A stretch of DNA of 64,000 nt from assembly GCA_944391695.1 (NCBI GenBank), contig CALXUO010000049.1:127-64126 (forward strand). Direction: 5' to 3'. The stretch is from an uncultured Alphaproteobacteria bacterium. GTDB lineage: Bacteria > Pseudomonadota > Alphaproteobacteria > RF32 > CAG-239. Positions 36,026-43,246 of the stretch are shown here, in pieces. Position numbers and translations under genes: made by a program. The notes below the pieces were generated by a model that worked only from the letters and a program-made list of their open reading frames with translations, was not told the DNA's origin and made no database searches. Position 1 is the stretch's first letter; each line of letters begins with the position of its first letter.

Positions 36026-37544
36026 TGATTCTCTCCTTAATTGTTTGCGATGATGTGGCATCCGTTGCTGTTGCCGATGAAATGCCTTTTTTCGCCGTAT
36101 CTGAAAGTTTGCCTTTTTCCTCATCATCAACAACCTTTTCTTTGGCCTTTGAGGCTGCCTGCTCATCAGCTGTGGCTACCGCTTCTTTTGCCTGGTTTTC
36201 AGCCTCTTTGGCCTTTGAGCCTGCCTGCTCATCAGCTGTGGCTACCCCGTCTTTTGCCTGGTTTTCAGCCTCTTTGGCCTTTGAGCCTGCCTGCATATCA
36301 GCTGTGGCGGATATAATACCTGCCGATGTTACTTGAGGCATAGCCACCGCTGAGGCAGATTGTAAACCCAAAGATGTTTGCGCCGAAGTTGCTTGTTGGT
36401 TTGAAGGTACTGTTTGTTGAACAACGGCCGAGGTCTGAGCTGCGCTTGCGGTATTTGAGGTTATGGTTCTGATTGTTGAATTTTGAACATTAAAATCAAC
36501 CAACCTCTCTGCCGACGTGCTACTTACTCGATTATCTGAATTATGAGAACGATTTGATACCTCGGCAAGTTGTTGACTGATATTGAGTTGGCTTACAACC
36601 GGTGTTTGGGTTACGCTTGCTTCTTTTGAAGTATTGGAAATTGCCGTCATAACGTCGGAGACACTAACCTCTTGTTTCTTTTCTACCGTAGGAAGCGAAA
36701 CAACAGAAGCAACTTTATCGGCCGAAACGGCGCTTGAAGAGGCTAATGCCGATGCCGACATAATTGCCGAGGCTTTGTTTAATGCTTCTTTATTCGTTGT
36801 CGATGCTACAGCAGATGTTGCTGTTTTCAAACTTTTATCAGCAGATGTTGATGTTGCTGTTGTCAATTGCTTGGACGCACTTGTTTCTTTATTGCTGCTG
36901 CCTGAGGAAACATCTTTACTGCTACTAGAGGAAACTCCTTTATTGCTGCTGCCGGAGGAAGCATCTTTACTGCTACTAGAGGAAACTCCTTTATTGCTGC
37001 TGCCGGAGGAAGCATTATCATTTGTGCCTTCTGCAGATGTAGAATCTGATGTCTCTTTATTATCGCCGATTAAATCCGAAACAGTACCATCAATATCTTC
37101 TTTAATTTCTTGTGCCTGTTCATAATATGACATCATCTCTTCTTTGATGGATTGGCCTTGGGCAATGGCTTCTTGCGCTTTATCCCTATATTCTTGTGCC
37201 TTGGCATTAAGCTCTTGATATTTGGCCATTAGTTCTTCTTTGCGTTCTTGAGCTGTTTCAATACGTTCCTTAAGATTCTCTGCTTTTTCTTTGAGATTCT
37301 CAGCCTTTTCTTTTAATTTTTCTAGTTTTCCTAAGTTTAGTTTTTCAGGGTCTAGACTAACCTTGGTGGTTACCAGTTTTCGTGCAACGCCAGAATATTT
37401 TTTTTGAACCAAACTTGCTTGTTTTAAAAAACTATTGCTTTGGGTTAGGACATTTGACAATAAGTCGGTGCCACCATAAGCTAAATTGATATTTAGATTT
37501 ATGGTCACTAAGATAACTAAAAATATTTGCACCATCTTAGTCAT
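36012..37544 (-). CDS. secreted 510-aa coiled-coil and S/A/T-rich repeat protein
   Basis: I trimmed the ORF to the ATG at 37544 (AAGGAAA RBS). The product begins 'MTKMVQIFLVILVTINLNINLAYG'. It contains 'KEKAENLKEKAENLKERIE', 17-aa 'SSGSSNKGVSSSSSKD[AV]' repeats, and 22-aa 'ADEQAGSKAKEAENQAKEAVAT' repeats. Confidence 0.6.
   Translation of the reverse strand: MTKMVQIFLVILVTINLNINLAYGGTDLLSNVLTQSNSFLKQASLVQKKYSGVARKLVTTKVSLDPEKLNLGKLEKLKEKAENLKEKAENLKERIETAQERKEELMAKYQELNAKAQEYRDKAQEAIAQGQSIKEEMMSYYEQAQEIKEDIDGTVSDLIGDNKETSDSTSAEGTNDNASSGSSNKGVSSSSSKDASSGSSNKGVSSSSSKDVSSGSSNKETSASKQLTTATSTSADKSLKTATSAVASTTNKEALNKASAIMSASALASSSAVSADKVASVVSLPTVEKKQEVSVSDVMTAISNTSKEASVTQTPVVSQLNISQQLAEVSNRSHNSDNRVSSTSAERLVDFNVQNSTIRTITSNTASAAQTSAVVQQTVPSNQQATSAQTSLGLQSASAVAMPQVTSAGIISATADMQAGSKAKEAENQAKDGVATADEQAGSKAKEAENQAKEAVATADEQAASKAKEKVVDDEEKGKLSDTAKKGISSATATDATSSQTIKERINAAK
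36135..36310 (-). repeat. in-frame tandem repeat, 66-bp unit, about 2.7 copies
   Basis: 'tttggcctttgag.ctgcctgc' recurs at 36141, 36207 and 36273. Confidence 0.8.
36880..37020 (-). repeat. in-frame tandem repeat, 51-bp unit, about 2.7 copies
   Basis: 'attgctgctgcc' recurs at 36891, 36942 and 36993. Confidence 0.8.
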
Positions 37545-37560
37545 AATTGTTTCCTTTCCG

Positions 37561-38133
37561 CTACGATGGAGGCATTCCCCACGAAGTATCTTCTGTATCA
37601 ACATCTGTTTCTTTAACTATGTTGTTTAAGATGTTGTTTATGTTGTCAAAATTAATAATAGACGATCTCATGTCTATTGCTTGCAAAAATACGCTTGAAT
37701 TATCTGAAGACAGCTTGTTATTAAACTCCATTTTTTCGCGGCTATCATTATCAAGCTCAACCGAAACGGTAGGATCTTGCTTGATAAGTTCGTCAATCCT
37801 GTCTTCATAGCCTCCGGATAAAACTTTTTGATTTATGGCCTTAAATAAATAGGCTCTTGCATAGTCATTAATAATCGCTTTCTTTTCCGATTCATAATTT
37901 TCATATCCGGGAGGTAAGTCGGTTTTATAATCATAGGCTAAGCGCCTTATGCAATCTTCCGTTATACCGGGATCGCTGGAATCCAAGCCGCAACGTAACG
38001 CCAAAATCTCGGAAACAATTAATGTATTGTTGGCGTCTCTTCCGTTGTCTTTATTTTCTGCCAGGGAAATCTGACAAAATAAAACATTTGCCAATAAAAC
38101 AATTAAAAGATATTTTAGCGTTCTTTTCATCAT
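37561..38133 (-). CDS. secreted 190-aa protein that appears homologous to the C-terminal domain of the 721-aa protein upstream
   Basis: I trimmed the ORF to the ATG at 38133, immediately after the upstream stop. The product begins 'MMKRTLKYLLIVLLANVLFCQISLA'. 'CGLDSSDPGITEDCIRRL...INDYARAYLFKAINQK' aligns by eye with 'CDLDYEKAIEDEENFDECLKK...HAEYIAMAYLKAFNIY' of the 38135..40300 product. Confidence 0.55.
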   Translation of the reverse strand: MMKRTLKYLLIVLLANVLFCQISLAENKDNGRDANNTLIVSEILALRCGLDSSDPGITEDCIRRLAYDYKTDLPPGYENYESEKKAIINDYARAYLFKAINQKVLSGGYEDRIDELIKQDPTVSVELDNDSREKMEFNNKLSSDNSSVFLQAIDMRSSIINFDNINNILNNIVKETDVDTEDTSWGMPPS

Positions 38134-38134
38134 T

Positions 38135-40300
38135 TTATTCTCCCAAAACGTTTTCATTGTCCTCGTCAGTTTCCTTAATCGCTTCCGTAACATAAGCCCT
38201 GAAAGCTTTTATACTTAAGGTATCGGCCCATATATTGTTTAGTGCATTATAGCGGGTTCCCAAAATACGTGTCACCTCTTTGGCATAGCTCCAAGCATCG
38301 TCAACCGTGCTAATGTTTGAAGTAAGAATCGGGTCAATCATGTTGTTTTTGAATGTCATACTATCGTTATAGATGTTAAAAGCTTTCAAATATGCCATTG
38401 CAATGTATTCTGCATGACTGTTATTTATGTTTCTTTTGGAATTAGAGATGTCTTGCTTGCTTATATCTTCGGTTACTTCGCTTGCAGCGACGGTGTTAGT
38501 TTTTTTTAAGCACTCGTCAAAATTTTCTTCATCTTCAATAGCCTTTTCATAGTCTAAGTCGCAACTTATGGCCAAACTGTCAGGAATGATTAAAGCTTTG
38601 TCTTGCGTATAACCGCTTTTGCTGCCGGTTATCTCTGATAATAAACTAGCAAATGCCAACGGATAGCTTTGATGTATGCTTCCAAAGCCATAAGAAGTCT
38701 TAAAGGCTCTGCGTGTAGGCTTATTTGAGGAGGTAGATTGGGGGACCTGTGCTGAAGACGAGGTTTCATTTTTTTCATAAGCAGACGTCGTTGCTTTGGA
38801 CGTTGCTGCTTTGGTATTACTTACGGTGGTTGCTCTTGTTCCTACACTTGCACCCTCTTTTGCGGCAGAAACAGCGGTTTGAGCGGTTGCCGCTTTGGCA
38901 TTACTTACGGCGGTTGCTCTTGTTCCTACACTTGCGCCCTCTTTTGCGGCAGAAACAGCTGTTTGAGCGGTTGCTTCTTTGGCATCGCTTACGGCGGCAT
39001 CACCTGGTTTGTCTGCCCCCTCACCCTCTTTTGCGGCAGAATCGGCGGTTTGAGATGTTGCCGCTTTGGCATCGCTTACGGCGGCATCACCTGGTTTGTC
39101 TGCTCCCTCACCCTCTTTTGCGGCAGAATCGGCGGTTTGAGACGTTGCCATGGCAGTGTCGGCAGGTGTTGTAATTTGACTTGACATCGCGGGAGAAACC
39201 TCTGTCGAAGCCATATTACCTGTCATAGTAGGAACTGTTTCAACAGCTGTTGCCATTTGGGCAGATGAAGTAGCCGTAGTATTAGCAGCTGAACTTTGAT
39301 TATCAACCGTAACAAAAGCCGTTCTGGTGGGACTTGCTGCTTGGACTGACGGAATTGCCGCCACCACTTGAGAAACGCTGTTATTGGCAACTGCAGAAAC
39401 TGCTTTGGTTGCGGCGGTCGCTTGGATTGCCGGAGTTGCAGAAACTGCTTTGGTTGCGGCGGTCGCTTGGACTGCCGGAGGTGCAGAAACTGCTTTGGTT
39501 GCGGCGGTTGCTTGGACTGCCGGAGGTGCAGAAACTGCTTTGGTCGAGGCGGTTGCTTGGATTGCCGGAGTTGCAGAAACTGCTTTGGTTGCGGCGGTCG
39601 TTTTTTCTGCCGAGGTTGCAGCAGTTGCCTTAGAAACCTTACTATTAGCACTGGCAGAAACTGCTTTGGTTGAGGCTGTCGTTTTTTCTGCCGAGGTTGT
39701 TGCTTTACTAGCCGAAATTTTTGCCTTGGATGTTCCTTTTGCTGTATTCTCCGCTGTTTCTTGTGAACTTTCTTTATATTGAGAACTTCCGGTTGTTACG
39801 TTTCCGTCAGCCGCGCTATATGCTTCGCCATTGTTATCATTTCCACCGGTAAAATCATCAACATAGCCTTTGGCATCGTCAATATAGCCTTTGGCTTCGT
39901 CAATATAGCCTTTGGCTTCGTCAACATACCCTTTGGCATCATCAATATAGCCTTTGGCCTGTTCTATTTTGGCTTCGGCTTCCGCCTTATAGGCCATGGC
40001 TTTGGCTTTGAATTCTTCAACATCTTCTTTATACTGATTAAATTTATCAATTTTTTTTTGCAACTTTTCTTTTTGATCGGTAATAAATTCCGTCACACTC
40101 TTTTTGGCCGTACCAATAGCTGCCATCGTTTTTTGATATTGTGTAACCTGCGTTACACTTTCCTTAAAATTATTTATGGTGTTTTGAACCTCGGTTCCGG
40201 CTTGAAGAGTTCCCGGAATGTCAAATGTGGGGACAAACGCAAGGCTAAGTGAAGGAAATAACATAATTCCAAATAATGCTGATAAAAAATGCTTTTTCAT
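38135..40300 (-). CDS. secreted 721-aa protein with a VirB5/TrbJ-like N-terminus, a large A/T/S-rich repeat core, and a conserved C-terminal domain
   Basis: Signal peptide 'LSALFGIMLFPSLSLA'. The mature N-terminus 'FVPTFDIPGTLQAGTEVQNTINNFKESVTQVTQYQ' resembles the xVPVxD...Q start of VirB5/TrbJ proteins. The gene lies directly downstream of virB4. It contains 7-aa 'KGY[IV]D[DE]A' repeats, 15-aa 'KAVSAPPAVQATAAT' repeats, and 28/29-aa repeats. Confidence 0.55.
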   Translation of the reverse strand: MKKHFLSALFGIMLFPSLSLAFVPTFDIPGTLQAGTEVQNTINNFKESVTQVTQYQKTMAAIGTAKKSVTEFITDQKEKLQKKIDKFNQYKEDVEEFKAKAMAYKAEAEAKIEQAKGYIDDAKGYVDEAKGYIDEAKGYIDDAKGYVDDFTGGNDNNGEAYSAADGNVTTGSSQYKESSQETAENTAKGTSKAKISASKATTSAEKTTASTKAVSASANSKVSKATAATSAEKTTAATKAVSATPAIQATASTKAVSAPPAVQATAATKAVSAPPAVQATAATKAVSATPAIQATAATKAVSAVANNSVSQVVAAIPSVQAASPTRTAFVTVDNQSSAANTTATSSAQMATAVETVPTMTGNMASTEVSPAMSSQITTPADTAMATSQTADSAAKEGEGADKPGDAAVSDAKAATSQTADSAAKEGEGADKPGDAAVSDAKEATAQTAVSAAKEGASVGTRATAVSNAKAATAQTAVSAAKEGASVGTRATTVSNTKAATSKATTSAYEKNETSSSAQVPQSTSSNKPTRRAFKTSYGFGSIHQSYPLAFASLLSEITGSKSGYTQDKALIIPDSLAISCDLDYEKAIEDEENFDECLKKTNTVAASEVTEDISKQDISNSKRNINNSHAEYIAMAYLKAFNIYNDSMTFKNNMIDPILTSNISTVDDAWSYAKEVTRILGTRYNALNNIWADTLSIKAFRAYVTEAIKETDEDNENVLGE
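38806..39150 (-). repeat. in-frame tandem repeats, 2 x 84 bp followed by 2 x 87 bp
   Basis: The anchor 'ctttgg' occurs at 38809, 38893, 38977 and 39064, with long near-identical flanks. The encoded units are 'ATAQTAVSAAKEGASVGTRATAVSNAKA' and 'ATSQTADSAAKEGEGADKPGDAAVSDAKA'. Confidence 0.85.
39393..39620 (-). repeat. in-frame tandem repeat, 45-bp unit, about 5 copies
   Basis: 'gcagaaactgctttgg' occurs at 39393, 39438, 39483, 39528 and 39573, with a degenerate copy near 39654. Confidence 0.9.
39857..39962 (-). repeat. in-frame tandem repeat, 21-bp unit, 5 copies
   Basis: 'ata[gc]cctttggc' occurs at 39863, 39884, 39905, 39926 and 39947. It encodes 'KGY[IV]D[DE]A' heptads. Confidence 0.85.
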
Positions 40301-40378
40301 GGCTCTTCTCCCAATCGCCTTACCTTATTCTATAATATCACAAATTCGCCCTCTGATAAACGAATTAAAGCTTTTATT

Positions 40379-42862
40379 TTAAATATTTAAATATTTTGTA
40401 ACAAAATTATTCTCACCATATTCTTTTATAAGCTCTTCAACCAATAATACATTTTTACGGCCGGAATTATACAGCTTAAGATATGGCCCTAATCCGCTTA
40501 AATCTACATCCAAAATAACCGATTCTCCCGTGGCCGGCCTTGATAATAGAATGGCATACGGAAAATCACGGTATGATTTACCAAAAATGAAATCCGTTTC
40601 CGCCTCGGTCAAATTCCAGTTAACATAGTCTTCCGGCATTGCCTGTGGATTGCGGAAGAAAATAACCGTTTGACATTGCCCCCTGATAACCTCGCCAACA
40701 CCAAGTTTATCAATGATATTGGGCTGTTGAAACGCACAAAGATACGCCTGGCGCTTTTTTCGTCCTTCTTGCAGACCAATTGCAAAATAGTCTCTAAACA
40801 TCGGGTGCTTAAGCATTGGCGCAGTTTCATCAATCATAATCAATGAGGGAACACCCGTCTCGCCGGTTTCTGACTGAATGCGGTGCATAATATAACTGAT
40901 TACCGCCGGGGCCAAAGTTTCGTCTTCAAAAATATGCGTAAAATCAAACGCCATAAATCGCTTGCTCTTTAAATCAAGATTGTCATCCTGCGCGTTGAAA
41001 ATATTTCCGTATTGGTCGGGGTTAACCCACTTAAAAAGCTCGCGGCGCATATTGCCTGTTGGAGAAAAACAGCTCTTGTAAAGATTTTTCATCATTCGCT
41101 CTTCCGGACGAAGGTAATCAAATGCCGTGGTAACTGCTCGGGCTATCTCTTTTTCCGATACAGCATCGTCAACTAATGTAATCGCTCTCATCCAACGTCT
41201 TAAAAAGGCTCGGTTGTTTGGAGTGTTTTCACAATCAAACGGATTTAACGATACATTTTTTTCATCACCTTCAAAGCCAACATATGCCCCGCCAATAGCG
41301 CGAGTGAAAATTTCTGCGCCTCGATGGCGGTCAAAGAAGAACACTTTTAAGTCTGCATGACGCATGGCTTGGCCGGCCAAAAATGTTAATAATGTGGTTT
41401 TACCTTGTCCGGTTGGACCTATAATACAACAGTGCGCCACCGCTGAATCTTCAGACGAAACGTGAAATTGAAAGCGATATGCCGAACCTGCCGTGGTACG
41501 GAAAACAGATATTGCTCCCGGACCCCAATCTGATTTGGAAAAACCTTCCGACGGTTTGTCAAAGGATATCGCCGTAGCTACAACTCTTGAAAGATAACGA
41601 TAGGTCCTGGGAAGAGTTTCATATGTGGGAAACTGATTAAAAAATGTCGCTTGCGCAACCCAACCTTCGCGAACCGGTGTTACACCAAACAAACGACATA
41701 TTCGCTGAACCTCTCCCTCAGCAAAGTCTATCTCTTCTTTGCTTTCTCCTCTCAGTAATATCGCCATGGCATATTCGGTCAAGGCCTGATGATTGCTATC
41801 GCTTTCTTCTATCGCGGCCAAAACTTCACCATACTGATCTATAACATCTCCGGAAAAACTCGTCATCGACGCCATGCGCTGTTGTTGCATCAGCAAAGCT
41901 CTTGCTTGAGGCTTAAATATCGGTCGAATATTATGCAGCAAAACTAATTCGCAATCTATTGCCAATAACGATGAGACCATCGCCTCATCCATATAATCAC
42001 CGGAAGAACGTATGCCCATAACAATTTCATACAGTTCTTTATCGCCGGAGAAAAATTTTATAAGACCATCCTCTCCGGTAAAGTGAATATGATCCGAGGT
42101 CAACAACTGATTTAATTGTGCTCCCGTCGCACCATGTACTTTCGGCATGGGGCGAGATATAGGCGAGCAAAGTTTTGAATACACACTAAAAGGACTGTCT
42201 TCGGCTGAGCTTCCCTCTTCCTCTATTAATGTCTTTATGCCATAATCATTTAATGTGGCTATTAACGACTGGGAAGCATAGTTTAAGTCTTTGAGATTGT
42301 TATCGCGATCCGCAACTGATAAAACTATGTAATGCGTATTAAAGAAAACTCGGTTAATGTTCTCTTGCCATATATCCGATATTTTCTCTAATAACGGATT
42401 GTTGAAATTATGCACGTTTTCTTCCAACGGCACTTTTTCTCTTATTGTAATGACCCGACAGACAACTTGCAAATCTGACATACCGTCGATCCAAGATTTG
42501 CGAGCCTCTAGCATTGATGCTACTTTTTCCTCTGTAGCAAATGCCAAATCTACACCTTCAACCTTAAAAACCCTTGCCAATGAGCCATTATAACAACTTA
42601 TGGTCATGCCGTCTGATAAGAGCTTTTCAAACGGCATAAAATCAGAAACCCTAGACTCCCTTGGATGCGGTAAAACCAAATGTCCAAATTTGGTAGCCCA
42701 AAATCCGGCAAATGCCGCTGCCGATATAAAACCAATCGCCGCAACAATTACTTCAAAACTGGACAGACCTTCTACGAAGATCGAAAAAAAATCATAATCA
42801 GGGTGCAAATTTGTTCCCCTTTGCTTTATAAAGATTGTTTGTCTTTTTAGCCGATTGGCCAT
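40379..42862 (-). CDS. virB4: VirB4-family T4SS ATPase
   Basis: The Walker A is 'IIGPTGQGKTTLLTFLAG' and the Walker B is 'PSLIMIDETAPML'. 'AYLCAFQQP' and the overall length are also consistent. The gene follows virB3. The start is uncertain: the ORF track begins at 42910, I chose the ATG at 42862 (MANRLKRQ), and either choice overlaps the virB3 3' end. Confidence 0.9.
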   Translation of the reverse strand: MANRLKRQTIFIKQRGTNLHPDYDFFSIFVEGLSSFEVIVAAIGFISAAAFAGFWATKFGHLVLPHPRESRVSDFMPFEKLLSDGMTISCYNGSLARVFKVEGVDLAFATEEKVASMLEARKSWIDGMSDLQVVCRVITIREKVPLEENVHNFNNPLLEKISDIWQENINRVFFNTHYIVLSVADRDNNLKDLNYASQSLIATLNDYGIKTLIEEEGSSAEDSPFSVYSKLCSPISRPMPKVHGATGAQLNQLLTSDHIHFTGEDGLIKFFSGDKELYEIVMGIRSSGDYMDEAMVSSLLAIDCELVLLHNIRPIFKPQARALLMQQQRMASMTSFSGDVIDQYGEVLAAIEESDSNHQALTEYAMAILLRGESKEEIDFAEGEVQRICRLFGVTPVREGWVAQATFFNQFPTYETLPRTYRYLSRVVATAISFDKPSEGFSKSDWGPGAISVFRTTAGSAYRFQFHVSSEDSAVAHCCIIGPTGQGKTTLLTFLAGQAMRHADLKVFFFDRHRGAEIFTRAIGGAYVGFEGDEKNVSLNPFDCENTPNNRAFLRRWMRAITLVDDAVSEKEIARAVTTAFDYLRPEERMMKNLYKSCFSPTGNMRRELFKWVNPDQYGNIFNAQDDNLDLKSKRFMAFDFTHIFEDETLAPAVISYIMHRIQSETGETGVPSLIMIDETAPMLKHPMFRDYFAIGLQEGRKKRQAYLCAFQQPNIIDKLGVGEVIRGQCQTVIFFRNPQAMPEDYVNWNLTEAETDFIFGKSYRDFPYAILLSRPATGESVILDVDLSGLGPYLKLYNSGRKNVLLVEELIKEYGENNFVTKYLNI

Positions 42863-43088
42863 AAGCCTGAACCATTGCCGAAATATGCGGCTCTCTTGCC
42901 CCCATCGCAATACAGACTATATGCCCTAAAATAATTGACGCCATAAACCAAAGAGGATTAATTTCTAATGTCCCTAAAAACATGAACATCATCGGAAATT
43001 GTATTCCCATGTTAACCATCACCGGCAAAAACGGCCCCCATAAAATCTTTGGGGGATTGGCTACGGCTTTCAAAATAACTTCCCTCAT
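42798..43088 (-). CDS. virB3: VirB3-like small inner-membrane protein
   Basis: 96 aa. 'LKAVANPPKILWGPFLPVMVNMGIQFPMMFMF' fits the VirB3 pattern (xxRPxxxxGVP followed by two hydrophobic helices). The gene is immediately upstream of, and overlaps, virB4. Confidence 0.7.
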   Translation of the reverse strand: MREVILKAVANPPKILWGPFLPVMVNMGIQFPMMFMFLGTLEINPLWFMASIILGHIVCIAMGAREPHISAMVQAYGQSAKKTNNLYKAKGNKFAP

Positions 43089-43183
43089 CTATTTCCTCTT
43101 TGCTATTTTACGGTGTTATGATAGCCTAAATCTTTTTTTTCGCAACATTGCTTGTTATTTTATCCTATACCATTTGTTTTTAT

Positions 43184-43220
43184 AAAAAAACAGAGATATA
43201 CTTTTTATTTCAAGTATATC
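43184..43220 (-). terminator. hairpin plus T-run after the giant pilin-domain gene (putative intra-operon attenuator)
   Basis: On the minus strand, GATATACTT-gaaataaa-AAGTATATC is followed by TCTGTTTTTTT. The 9-bp stem is perfect but AT-rich. It sits between the stop at 43247 and the virB3 start at 43088. Confidence 0.4.
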
Positions 43221-43246
43221 CCGTTTTTATGAATAATGAGTTAATT

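Noticed and set aside
36026-36166. 5' extensions of three ORF-track entries (35462-36166, 36012-37604 and 37561-38193) that create overlaps of 60-155 nt
   Set aside because: The extensions are K/R-rich out-of-frame readings of the upstream gene's 3' end. In each case an internal ATG preceded by an RBS starts a clean signal peptide, so I moved the starts to 36025, 37544 and 38133.
36583-37125. Long plus-strand ORFs antisense to the big minus-strand genes (also 3229-3597, 25511-26170, 38749-39174, 39384-39782, 44768-45295, 47117-47632 and others in the ORF track)
   Set aside because: They are mirror images of low-complexity or repeat coding sequence on the other strand. Their products are L/S/F/C-rich nonsense, they have no RBSs, and they lie entirely inside better-supported genes. 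I treated them as artefacts.
39393-39620. A regular 45-bp periodic array that superficially resembles a CRISPR or a satellite
   Set aside because: The units are contiguous with no unique spacers. The period is a multiple of 3, and the array lies in frame inside a long ORF encoding 'KAVSAPPAVQATAAT' repeats. It is a coding tandem repeat, not a CRISPR.
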